16,134 bases of DNA from Candidatus Margulisiibacteriota bacterium (GTDB taxonomy: Bacteria; Margulisbacteria; WOR-1; O2-12-FULL-45-9), in assembly GCA_043816785.1 (NCBI GenBank), contig JBDRHP010000010.1, positions 1 to 16,134 of the forward strand. Direction: 5' to 3'. The position numbers and the translations under genes were made by a program. Below the pieces are notes generated by a model, which was given only the letters and a program-made list of their open reading frames with translations, was not told the origin of the DNA and ran no database searches. Within the stretch, counting starts at the first letter, position 1, and the number at the start of each line of letters is the position of its first letter. This document shows positions 1-7,596 of this stretch, piece by piece.

Positions 1-2811
1 CATCTTATAGCGACTAAAAAAGCTAAACCCGGAGAGATACTGGCTCTCACCTTCACGGATAAAGCTGCGGAAGAAATGGAAGCCCGAGTCGATCGCTTAG
101 TCCCCTATGGCTATATCGATGTCTCGATCTCGACTTTTCACGCTTTTGGCGACCGGGTGCTGCGTGACCATGCGATTGATCTGGGGATGCGGCCGGATTA
201 TCGTGTTTTGTCGAGAGCTGAACAATTAGTTTTTCTTCGTGAGCACATATTTGAGTTTCCTCTAAAGTATTATAAATCGTTAAGCGATCCAACAAAACAT
301 CTGGACGCTTTGATCAATGTAATCAGTCGGGCGCAAGACGAAGATGTTTCTCCAAAAGAGTATCTTAAATGGGCCAAGGGACGGGGGGCGGGGGACGAGG
401 GACGAAAACAGCTCGAGGTTGCTAAGGTTTATAAAAAATATCAGGATTTAAAGGCGGAGAGAGGTTTTGTGGATTTTGGGGATCAGGTTAATCTGACTTT
501 AAAGCTCTTTAGGAAATATCCGACGGTTCTGAGGAAATTCCAGGAGCGATATAAGTATATTCTCGTCGATGAATTTCAAGACACGAACTATGCTCAATTT
601 GAACTTTTAAAACTATTAGCTGGGAAAAAAGCGAACTTAACCGTTGTTGGAGACGATGACCAGTCGATCTATAAATTTCGCGGGGCAGCTATTTCCAATA
701 TCCTCAATTTTCAAAAGTCTTTCAAAAAATGTAAAAAAGTGGTGCTAATTGAAAATTACCGTTCCACCCAAATAATCCTGGATACGTCTTACCGCCTGAT
801 CAAGCACAATGACCCGGATAGGCTGGAGGTCAAATCAGGAATTAATAAAAGATTAATTTCTGTTTTGGAACCTGCGAATAAACTTCGCGGTTCCAAAAAA
901 TTAAGGAACCGAGACGTTCAGTCTCAGGTTCCGACTCATAAGCATTTTGACAGGGTTTCTTCTGAAGCGGACTGGGTGGCGCAGACGATCAAGAAGAAAT
1001 ACGAGGCAGGGCATAAATATAATGATTTTGCGATCCTGGTGAGGTCGAATGCTAACGCTGAGATTTTTCGCCAGACCCTGAACATGCAGGGCATTCCACA
1101 CCAGTTCTCCGGCGGGGGAGGCCTTTATCTGAATCCTGAGATCCAGCTGGTGATCTCTTTTCTCAAATCGATCGGGGATCTGGCTGATTCCGTGGCGCTT
1201 TATCAGCTGGCCAGCTCGACCATATATCAGCTGGACCCGCTTGACCTGCAAAAAATGAACACCTTTGCCAAACGGAGAAATTACACGCTGCACCATGTTT
1301 TTACCCATCTGCCGGAGTTGCGAGTTGCGGGCTCTGAGTTTCAGGTTCTTTCTGATATTAAAAAAGAGAGCCTGGCAACAGTCAAAAAGATCATGGATGA
1401 TATTAAGTATTATCTTGATTTTGCAAAAGAAAAGACGACCGGAGAAGTTCTCTACAAGTTCCTTAAGCGCACGGGTTATTTGGCTAAGCTGACCAAAGAA
1501 GACTCCACGGAAAACGAGCATCGCCTGACTAATCTGTCCTGCTTTTTTGAGCGGGTCAGGGGATTTAAAGAGATTGCGGAAGTTGACCGAGTGACCGAGT
1601 TTGTTAAGCACCTAAATATTTTGCGGGAATCGGGTGAAAATCCAGAGACGATCAGCTTTGACCCTGAGATTGACGCGGTTAATGTCTTAACTGTACATAA
1701 ATCCAAAGGACTGGAATTTCGGGTGGTTTTTATGGTTTCTCTGGTAGCTGAAAGGTTTCCTATTAGACGACGCAAGGAAGCGATCGAGCTGCCGACAAGT
1801 TTGATCAAAGAGGAACTGCCTCAAGGGGATTTTCATTTACAGGAGGAGCGGCGCCTGTTTTATGTTGGCATGACCCGGGCCAAAGAGGAGCTTTATTTTA
1901 CTTCAGCCCTGGATTACGGCGGGAAGAGGCAACGGAAGGTTTCTCAATTTGTTCTGGAGGCGTTGGATATGCCTCGGGTCGATATTGGCCTGATCAGGAG
2001 ATCTCCCCAGGACCAGATCGAACTGTTCGCTTCGGCTGAATTGGTCTATCCCGCTGCAAAGAAATATAAAAAGGATGAGCCGCTCTATTTAAGCTACTAT
2101 CAAGTGGATGATTACCTGACTTGTCCCTTGAAATATAAGTATATCCACATCCTGCGCGTGCCCTTACTGCCTAATCATCAGATCCTATATGGTTCAGCCA
2201 TGCATAAAGCGGCTCAGGCTTACAGCCAAGCAAAATTAAACAAACAAAAGTTCACGGCCAAAGATCTGATCAATGTCTTAATGAATAGCTGGTCATCAGA
2301 AGGCTTTATTTCCCGGGAACATGAAGAACAAAGGCTGACCAAAGCCAAAAAAGCGCTTAATCGGTTCTTCAAACAACAAAGTAAGTCAAAATCTAAAATT
2401 AAATATGTTGAAGAATCATTTTCTATCCCAAAAGACAATATTATTGTCCGCGGTCGCTGGGACAGGGTGGACGAACAGAACGGGAAAGCCTTTATTATCG
2501 ACTACAAAACATCCGAGGTCAAAGATCAAAAAGATGCTGATCAAAAAGCCAGGAAGAACGATCAGCTAACGCTGTATGCCCTGGCCTGGGTGGAAAAATT
2601 CAAGCAACTGCCTAAGCGGGTTGAGCTTTATTTCATTGAAAGCGGCTTGATCGGCTCAACGCGGCGAGACGCCAAGGATATTGCCAAGGTCTGGGATAAA
2701 ATACTAAAAGTAGGCGAGGGGATCAGGAAAGCCAAATTCGCGGCCACGCCAAATCAGCGAGCTTGTTCCTATTGTCCTTACAGTGAGATCTGTCCGGCTT
2801 CGGTGGTTTAG
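1..2811 (+). CDS. UvrD/PcrA-family (SF1A) ATP-dependent DNA helicase with C-terminal PD-(D/E)XK (RecB/AddB-like) 4Fe-4S nuclease domain; 5' end lies before the window
   Basis: Frame is open from base 1 (HLIATKKAKPGEILALTFTDKAAEEM, motif Ia), so Walker A lies upstream. Helicase motifs: ILVDEFQDTN, VVGDDDQSIYKFRG, ENYRST, LTVHKSKGLEF, EERRLFYVGMTRAK. C-terminus has YLTCPLKY, GRWDRVD, IIDYKT, QLTLYA and CSYCPYSEICP (1+3 Cys cluster). Confidence 0.93.
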   Translation, partial: HLIATKKAKPGEILALTFTDKAAEEMEARVDRLVPYGYIDVSISTFHAFGDRVLRDHAIDLGMRPDYRVLSRAEQLVFLREHIFEFPLKYYKSLSDPTKHLDALINVISRAQDEDVSPKEYLKWAKGRGAGDEGRKQLEVAKVYKKYQDLKAERGFVDFGDQVNLTLKLFRKYPTVLRKFQERYKYILVDEFQDTNYAQFELLKLLAGKKANLTVVGDDDQSIYKFRGAAISNILNFQKSFKKCKKVVLIENYRSTQIILDTSYRLIKHNDPDRLEVKSGINKRLISVLEPANKLRGSKKLRNRDVQSQVPTHKHFDRVSSEADWVAQTIKKKYEAGHKYNDFAILVRSNANAEIFRQTLNMQGIPHQFSGGGGLYLNPEIQLVISFLKSIGDLADSVALYQLASSTIYQLDPLDLQKMNTFAKRRNYTLHHVFTHLPELRVAGSEFQVLSDIKKESLATVKKIMDDIKYYLDFAKEKTTGEVLYKFLKRTGYLAKLTKEDSTENEHRLTNLSCFFERVRGFKEIAEVDRVTEFVKHLNILRESGENPETISFDPEIDAVNVLTVHKSKGLEFRVVFMVSLVAERFPIRRRKEAIELPTSLIKEELPQGDFHLQEERRLFYVGMTRAKEELYFTSALDYGGKRQRKVSQFVLEALDMPRVDIGLIRRSPQDQIELFASAELVYPAAKKYKKDEPLYLSYYQVDDYLTCPLKYKYIHILRVPLLPNHQILYGSAMHKAAQAYSQAKLNKQKFTAKDLINVLMNSWSSEGFISREHEEQRLTKAKKALNRFFKQQSKSKSKIKYVEESFSIPKDNIIVRGRWDRVDEQNGKAFIIDYKTSEVKDQKDADQKARKNDQLTLYALAWVEKFKQLPKRVELYFIESGLIGSTRRDAKDIAKVWDKILKVGEGIRKAKFAATPNQRACSYCPYSEICPASVV
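378..405 (+). repeat. Heptamer tandem repeat (GGGACGR-like x4) translated in the helicase (GRGAGDEGR)
   Basis: Units GGGACGG, GGGGCGG, GGGACGA, GGGACGA. Confidence 0.6.
867..932. repeat. Inverted doublet of 28-nt REP-like palindromes (867-894 and 905-932) inside the helicase CDS
   Basis: GGAACC-T-GCGAA-TAAAC-TTCGC-GGTTCC, a 10-nt A/T spacer, then GGAACC-GAGAC-GTTCA-GTCTC-A-GGTTCC. Total 66 nt, in frame. Confidence 0.9.
1315..1349 (+). repeat. Degenerate heptamer tandem repeat (GAGTTGC-like x5) translated in the helicase (ELRVAGSEFQV)
   Basis: Units GAGTTGC, GAGTTGC, GGGCTCT, GAGTTTC, AGGTTCT. Confidence 0.5.
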
Positions 2812-2821
2812 GGGATAGGGG

Positions 2822-3847
2822 TTAGGTTATTTTGAGAGGTTCTGGTTTGGTTTCCAGGGAGTCCAGCTTATCCCCAAATTTAGACAGTCTTTTCTCAGTT
2901 GCATCGTAGCTGTTGGTCATGTTCTTAACGTGAGTGCCCATCTTATTGAAGTCATCCATGACCCTGGTAAAATCACCTTCTAAACGAGCCAGATCTTGTA
3001 GTATCTGCGCAGCGCGCTCTTCAATGCGCATGCCGCGCAGACCCAGCAAGATGGTTTGCAGATACCCATAAAAAGAATTAGGGGAGACCGGGATGACCTT
3101 GTGATCAATGGCATAACGAAAGACACTCTTGTCCTCGTCCAGGTTCTCATCGTTTATGACGATCTCATAGTAAACGTTCTCAGCCGGGATATACATCAGG
3201 GCGAAGTCAAAAGTGCCTTCATCCGGCAGGATGTATTTTGTCCTGATCGCGTCAATGTGTTTTTTGACGTCGCGAACGAACTGTTTCTTGGCCGCCAGCT
3301 TTTGGCTGTCCCCCTCGGCCTGCATGACCTTCTGAAAGTTCTCCAGCGGGAATTTTGAGTCGACCGGGACCATGCCTTCTTTGAGAATGATCACTGCGTC
3401 AACCACTTCCCGGCTCTTGAACCGGTGCTGGAGTTCGTAGCGGGAAGTGGGCAGCACCTGCTTGAGCAGGTCGCTTAAGAAAAGCTCGCCCATGCCCCCG
3501 CGCATTTTTGGCGCTCTTAATATTTCCTGAAGAGAAGCGATATCCTTGGCCACTTCATTGACCTGCTTGGTTGATTCCTGGACCTCGCCCAGCCGGCCGT
3601 ATACGTCCTTGATCGCCTTGGCCGCGTTGTCCAGGCGGGCATTGGTGTTCTTGTCAACATTTTGCAGGGTGTTGGTGAGGTCAGGGTAAAGCCGGTTAAT
3701 TGAGCCGCGGATCTCTTCCATCTGCTTTTGGATCAGCTCCACAGCTTTGTCTGTTTGCGGAGCGCTGATTGGTTGGTTCAGCTTGAATAGCATGAAGCCG
3801 ACAGCGCAGAGGGTGATAATTGAGATAAGAATCGCGATGATTTCCAT
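2822..3847 (-). CDS. rmuC: DNA recombination protein RmuC
   Basis: N-terminal hydrophobic anchor, coiled coil, PKMRGGMGE, VDAVI..VPVDSKFP, KYILPDEGTFDFALMYIPAE and SPNS motifs typical of RmuC. Confidence 0.93.
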   Translation of the reverse strand: MEIIAILISIITLCAVGFMLFKLNQPISAPQTDKAVELIQKQMEEIRGSINRLYPDLTNTLQNVDKNTNARLDNAAKAIKDVYGRLGEVQESTKQVNEVAKDIASLQEILRAPKMRGGMGELFLSDLLKQVLPTSRYELQHRFKSREVVDAVIILKEGMVPVDSKFPLENFQKVMQAEGDSQKLAAKKQFVRDVKKHIDAIRTKYILPDEGTFDFALMYIPAENVYYEIVINDENLDEDKSVFRYAIDHKVIPVSPNSFYGYLQTILLGLRGMRIEERAAQILQDLARLEGDFTRVMDDFNKMGTHVKNMTNSYDATEKRLSKFGDKLDSLETKPEPLKIT

Positions 3848-3854
3848 TAAGGTA

Positions 3855-3863
3855 ATTATATCA
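3855..3863 (-). promoter_or_regulatory. Extended -10 promoter for a likely leaderless rmuC transcript
   Basis: Minus strand reads TGA-TATAAT-tacctta-ATG. The -10 is 7 nt before the start codon and there is no SD. Confidence 0.65.
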
Positions 3864-3899
3864 AATTAACTTGCCCTGTACCAGTTAACGGGACAGGGC

Positions 3900-3927
3900 T
3901 TGACTTATTCTAGAAATTTGCTAGGCT
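3900..3927 (+). promoter_or_regulatory. Putative sigma70 promoter for the 3937 gene
   Basis: TTGACT (3900-3905), 16 nt spacer, TGc-TAGGCT (-10 at 3922-3927), GTG start 9 nt later. Confidence 0.4.
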
Positions 3928-3936
3928 TTTAATATC

Positions 3937-4857
3937 GTGATTTTCAAGCAATTCCAGACCCAAAAAATTATAATTATTCTAGTGCTCATTTGCCTTAGCC
4001 AGTCTGTTTGTCTTAGCCTTAGCAAATACGACAAGGAAGCTGCCAGGCTTAAAGACGCAATTTCTAAGTTACGCAAAGAAGTTGCGCGGCTGAAGGCAAG
4101 CAGTCTCACAATTTCTTCAAGGGCGAGAATCGCCAAGATCACTGATCTGGTGGAAGGGCATGAGGCCAGGGTGGAAAAATTGCTCGAACAACTGGCTGCG
4201 GTTGAAAGGGCCAAGGTCAAGGAAGCGCAGAAAAAGGAACAAACGAAAATAAAGGAAACAAAGGAAATCCCGCAGCTAGTTGAAGAAGTTTCAGTGGAGG
4301 TTGGCGAAGTTGGCTATCAGGAAGAGACTGTGCCAGCAACGATAGAGGTCTTTGTTGAACCTGCGCCGTCGTTTGAAAGAATGGAAGAATCAGCCAGGCC
4401 TACGCCGCGGCTGCAATTTGAGATCGGCGGGCTGGTTGGTATTTATGGCGCGTGCACCGCGGCGATCGGGGAGATCAGGTTCCCGCTGCGTAATATTTTT
4501 GGGCCAGCGACCACTTCTTTTCGCCTGGCCGGCGGCTTAGCCCAAAGTGAAGACATGAGCCGGCGCTACGCCACTATTCAGGCTGACGGCATCTTGAATT
4601 TTCCCGCTGGTTGGTTTACAGGAGTTGAAAATTATTTGGGTGCTGGTTTAAACTATGTGGTCCTGACCAGCGGCAGAAAGAGCGGGACAATCGGCGGCCA
4701 GTTTTTCTATGGCATTGAGAGCGAGGGATTTGGGGGTAAACTGTTTGGCGAGCTAGGTTATGGCATCCTGCGCACGGGTTTTTCCCCTGATCATCAGGGG
4801 ATCACTGTTCTGGTTGGTTACAGAAGAGACCTGGGGCTTTTCTATACTACTAATTGA
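3937..4857 (+). CDS. Hypothetical exported protein: signal peptide, coiled coil, acidic linker, C-terminal outer-membrane beta-barrel-like domain
   Basis: Hydrophobic N-terminus and heptad-rich segment. The Gly/aromatic alternating C-terminal strands align by eye with the next gene (DGILNFP..YLGAGLNYV..SG..GGQFFYGI..ELGYGILRTG). GTG start is uncertain. Confidence 0.7.
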   Translation: MIFKQFQTQKIIIILVLICLSQSVCLSLSKYDKEAARLKDAISKLRKEVARLKASSLTISSRARIAKITDLVEGHEARVEKLLEQLAAVERAKVKEAQKKEQTKIKETKEIPQLVEEVSVEVGEVGYQEETVPATIEVFVEPAPSFERMEESARPTPRLQFEIGGLVGIYGACTAAIGEIRFPLRNIFGPATTSFRLAGGLAQSEDMSRRYATIQADGILNFPAGWFTGVENYLGAGLNYVVLTSGRKSGTIGGQFFYGIESEGFGGKLFGELGYGILRTGFSPDHQGITVLVGYRRDLGLFYTTN

Positions 4858-4859
4858 GC

Positions 4860-4910
4860 TTGACAATTAAGCAGGGTATGCGTATAATCCGCACATAAGA
4901 AAGGAGGTGA
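4860..4910 (+). promoter_or_regulatory. Perfect-consensus sigma70 promoter plus strong Shine-Dalgarno
   Basis: TTGACA (4860-4865), 17 nt spacer, TATAAT (4883-4888). AAGGAGGTGA (4901-4910) lies 6 nt before the TTG start. Confidence 0.9.
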
Positions 4911-4916
4911 AATAAT

Positions 4917-5738
4917 TTGAAAAGATTTATTGCATTTATGACCGTGTTAGCGTTCGTAGTGGTGTTCGCGGGAATGGTTTCTGCCCAAGCTGATGATAGA
5001 AGCGCAGCTGAAAAATTAGCAGCTGGCAGAGCGTATCTTAAGCTGTTGGACCAGAAGATTATCCGACTAAGAAATGAGGGTAAAGCTGGTTTAGTCAAGC
5101 AGATGCAGGCTGACAAAAAGGCCACCATCGCCCGCATGCAAGCGTGGAAGGCGGAAGCTGAATCAGAAATGGCAGCTCCACCACCACCACCGAGGCCAGT
5201 AGCACCCACACCGCCACCGAGACCAGCTGCTAGACCAGCGGCTCCTTCGGCTGGATTGTTTGGTATGGGGATTAATACTGGTTACTCCGTCGGATACCTG
5301 GCTGGTAATTCAGTCATCGTCGGTCGCGGCGATTTGATTCTGAGTGATCCACTAGGGATCGGTCCAATGTTAGGATTGGCTGACGACGCCATCGCCTGGA
5401 AGGTTGGTTTAGGAGGAGCATTAGCTTCTAAAGACATCAATGACAACGAGCGTAAAGCTATTCCGTTGTTCGTTGATGGTATTCTCAACATCCCGGCTGA
5501 TGTAATGGGCGGCGTTGCGTCCTATGTTGGAGGCGGTGTCAACTATGTCCTTTATGGAAGCGGTAGAGAGACTGGATCTTACGGAGGCCAGGTTTATTAT
5601 GGCATCCAGGGAGATATCGGACTTGGCGGCAATTCGTACGCTGAGCTCGCATATTCCATTATTAGATCCGGAGCAACAACTACTCCGTATTCGATGAAGG
5701 GTATTGGTATCAATATCGGCACACAAATCGTGCTGTAA
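4917..5738 (+). CDS. Hypothetical exported protein: signal peptide, helical domain, Pro-rich linker, C-terminal beta-barrel-like domain (paralog of the upstream gene)
   Basis: Sec signal (MKRFIAF...VSAQA), linker APPPPPRPVAPTPPPRP, C-terminal DGILNIP..YVGGGVNYV..SG..GGQVYYGI..ELAYSIIRSG. Strong SD supports the TTG start. Confidence 0.8.
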   Translation: MKRFIAFMTVLAFVVVFAGMVSAQADDRSAAEKLAAGRAYLKLLDQKIIRLRNEGKAGLVKQMQADKKATIARMQAWKAEAESEMAAPPPPPRPVAPTPPPRPAARPAAPSAGLFGMGINTGYSVGYLAGNSVIVGRGDLILSDPLGIGPMLGLADDAIAWKVGLGGALASKDINDNERKAIPLFVDGILNIPADVMGGVASYVGGGVNYVLYGSGRETGSYGGQVYYGIQGDIGLGGNSYAELAYSIIRSGATTTPYSMKGIGINIGTQIVL

Positions 5739-5781
5739 AGAGTAGGGCCCTTACTTTTTCAAAGGCAACAAGGATACTTTG

Positions 5782-5803
5782 GAGAGGCGGGCCCTCTCTT
5801 TTT
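5782..5803 (+). terminator. Putative intrinsic terminator
   Basis: GAGAGG-cgggc-CCTCTC followed by TTTTT, between convergent genes. A longer alternative hairpin (5739-5799) is also possible. Confidence 0.6.
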
Positions 5804-5816
5804 GGGGTTGAAATTA

Positions 5817-6527
5817 TTATTGGTCGTACTGGTAATTGATCATGGCCATGATTGCCAGGCCAGCGGTTTCGGTGCGCAGGATCCTTTTCCCTAAGCTTAT
5901 TGGGGTAAACCCGGCTTCTTTAGCCAGATCGATCTCTTTTTGGGAAAAGCCGCCTTCGGGGCCGATGAGGATCAAGATAGTAGTACTGGGGGTTCGTAGT
6001 GCCGTAGTAAGGACAGATTTTAAAGTTTGTTCTTGCTCCAGCTCCCAGGGGATCAGAGCCAGGTCATAGTCTTTCTTTTGCTTTAGAACTTCAGCAAAGT
6101 TAGTCAAGGGGGCAATCTCTGGAATGGTTGTTCTGCCGGATTGCTCAGAGGCTTCTTTGGCGATCTTTTTCCAGCGCTCCAATTTTTCCCCCTTGGCAAT
6201 TGACCGCTCAGAGAGAGTCGGGATGATTTTGTGTGCGCCCAACTCAGTACACTTTTGAATTATCAGGTCCATTTTTTTAGCTTTGGGCAGGCATTGGGCA
6301 ATGGCAACCTGCGTTCTACGCTCTACGTTCGACGTTCTATGTTCTAATATTTCACAGGTGATTTTATCCTTTTTCATCTCAGTTATCTTTGAAAAATAAA
6401 TTTTACCGCTGCCGTCCAATAGTTCCAGCTCATCTCCGGGTTTGAGGCGCAAAACGTCCCGGATCTGGTGAACGTCGGTGCCGGTAATGGTGGGGATTTG
6501 AGCTTTTGGTACAAAAAATCTAGGCAT
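5817..6527 (-). CDS. rsmE: 16S rRNA m3U1498 methyltransferase RsmE
   Basis: [34 protein letters not shown] and [11 protein letters not shown] motifs. Overlaps the dnaJ stop. Confidence 0.96.
   Translation of the reverse strand: MPRFFVPKAQIPTITGTDVHQIRDVLRLKPGDELELLDGSGKIYFSKITEMKKDKITCEILEHRTSNVERRTQVAIAQCLPKAKKMDLIIQKCTELGAHKIIPTLSERSIAKGEKLERWKKIAKEASEQSGRTTIPEIAPLTNFAEVLKQKKDYDLALIPWELEQEQTLKSVLTTALRTPSTTILILIGPEGGFSQKEIDLAKEAGFTPISLGKRILRTETAGLAIMAMINYQYDQ
6312..6346 (-). repeat. Heptamer tandem repeat (TAGAACG-like x5) translated in the RsmE interdomain linker ([11 protein letters not shown])
   Basis: Plus-strand units CGTTCTA, CGCTCTA, CGTTCGA, CGTTCTA, TGTTCTA. Confidence 0.75.
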
Positions 6528-7593
6528 TATTATATTGTTTTAGCAGTTCGGCTTGTTGCTTGGAAAGTTTAGTTGGAATATCGACCTCAACCAGGACATA
6601 TTGGTTGCCGCGTTCGCGCTGGTTGACAATTGGCATGCCTTTGCCTTTTAGCCTGAAATTGGTGTTGGGCTGGGTTCCGGCAGGTATCTTTAGGCTCGCT
6701 TCTCCGTCAATGGTCGGGATATTGATCTCATCTCCCAGGATAGCCTGGACAAAAGAGATCTTTGTCCGGTAATAAAGATTTTCTCCGTCACGGTTAAATA
6801 AATGATGCGGCTCTACCTGGATAAAGATATAAAGGTCGCCTGGCGGAGATCCTTTTTGGCCGGCATCGCCGGCCCCTGACACTCGCAGCCTGAACCCAGT
6901 ATCGATGCCAGCTGGTATTTTAACCTTTACCTGCTGGCTTTTTTTGGCTCTGCCGTCTCCTTTACAGCTGTCGCAAGGCGTGGAGATTGTTTCTCCGCTG
7001 CCGCGGCAGGTGGGGCAGGTGACGACCTGAGTGAAACTGCCTAAGATGGTTCGCTGCGATTTTTTAACCTGACCATTGCCATTGCAGGCCGAACAGCGAA
7101 CGGGTTTTGTGCCGGGTTTAGCTCCGCTGCCCTTACAAGTTGAACAGCTGACAAAATGCACAATATTGATCTCTTTTTCTAGGCCATTGGCTGCTTGCTC
7201 CAGGGTAAGGCGCAGGTCATAGCGCAGGTCAGCTCCGCGCTGCGGCGCGGCGCGCCGGCCGCCCCGCTGCCCGCCAAAGAACACATCAAAGATATCGCCG
7301 AATTCCCCAAAACCCTCAAACCCGCCGCCAAAATCAAAACCTTCAAACCCGGCGCCGCCGCCAGCTGGACCGCCGGCAGTGCCGTAATAGTCATACTGGG
7401 AACGTTTGTTGGGGTCAGAGATGACCTGGTAAGCTTCGTTAAGTTCCTTGAACTTATCTTCCGCCCCGGGTTCTTTGTTGACGTCAGGATGGTATTGCCG
7501 GGCGAGCTTGCGGTAAGCGCGTTTTATTTCATCGGCTGAAGAGTTTTTGTTTACGCCAAGGATCTCATAATAATCACGCTTGCTCTTTGGCAT
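6520..7593 (-). CDS. dnaJ: Chaperone DnaJ (class A)
   Basis: J-domain with HPD, G/F-rich region, four CxxCxGxG zinc repeats. Confidence 0.98.
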   Translation of the reverse strand: MPKSKRDYYEILGVNKNSSADEIKRAYRKLARQYHPDVNKEPGAEDKFKELNEAYQVISDPNKRSQYDYYGTAGGPAGGGAGFEGFDFGGGFEGFGEFGDIFDVFFGGQRGGRRAAPQRGADLRYDLRLTLEQAANGLEKEINIVHFVSCSTCKGSGAKPGTKPVRCSACNGNGQVKKSQRTILGSFTQVVTCPTCRGSGETISTPCDSCKGDGRAKKSQQVKVKIPAGIDTGFRLRVSGAGDAGQKGSPPGDLYIFIQVEPHHLFNRDGENLYYRTKISFVQAILGDEINIPTIDGEASLKIPAGTQPNTNFRLKGKGMPIVNQRERGNQYVLVEVDIPTKLSKQQAELLKQYNNA

Positions 7594-7596
7594 TTA

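Noticed and set aside
76..78. ATG at 76 as the helicase start
   Set aside because: The frame is open to base 1 and encodes motif Ia before this Met. The true start and Walker A are outside the window.
867..932. Intein or intron explaining the helicase insert
   Set aside because: Far too short, with no intein terminal residues or intron core. It is fully explained by two palindromes.
901..1808. Antisense and alternate-frame ORFs (901-1611, 1265-1492, 1476-1808) and similar shadows over rmuC, dnaJ, dnaK, grpE, lepA and the SLH gene
   Set aside because: They fully overlap well-supported genes and show no recognisable motifs.
2080..2811. Cas4-like nuclease suggesting a CRISPR locus
   Set aside because: It is the fused C-terminal domain of the helicase. 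There are no cas genes and no regularly spaced repeat-spacer array. The 28-nt palindromes are inverted or dispersed, not arrayed.
5172..5246. CCA-rich repeat tract
   Set aside because: Period-3 repeat explained by the Pro/Ala-rich protein linker.
5978..6008. Possible degenerate ACTACG-type tandem repeat in rsmE ([10 protein letters not shown])
   Set aside because: Only two to three poorly matching units. It may belong to the same phenomenon as the heptamer tracts but is too weak to call.
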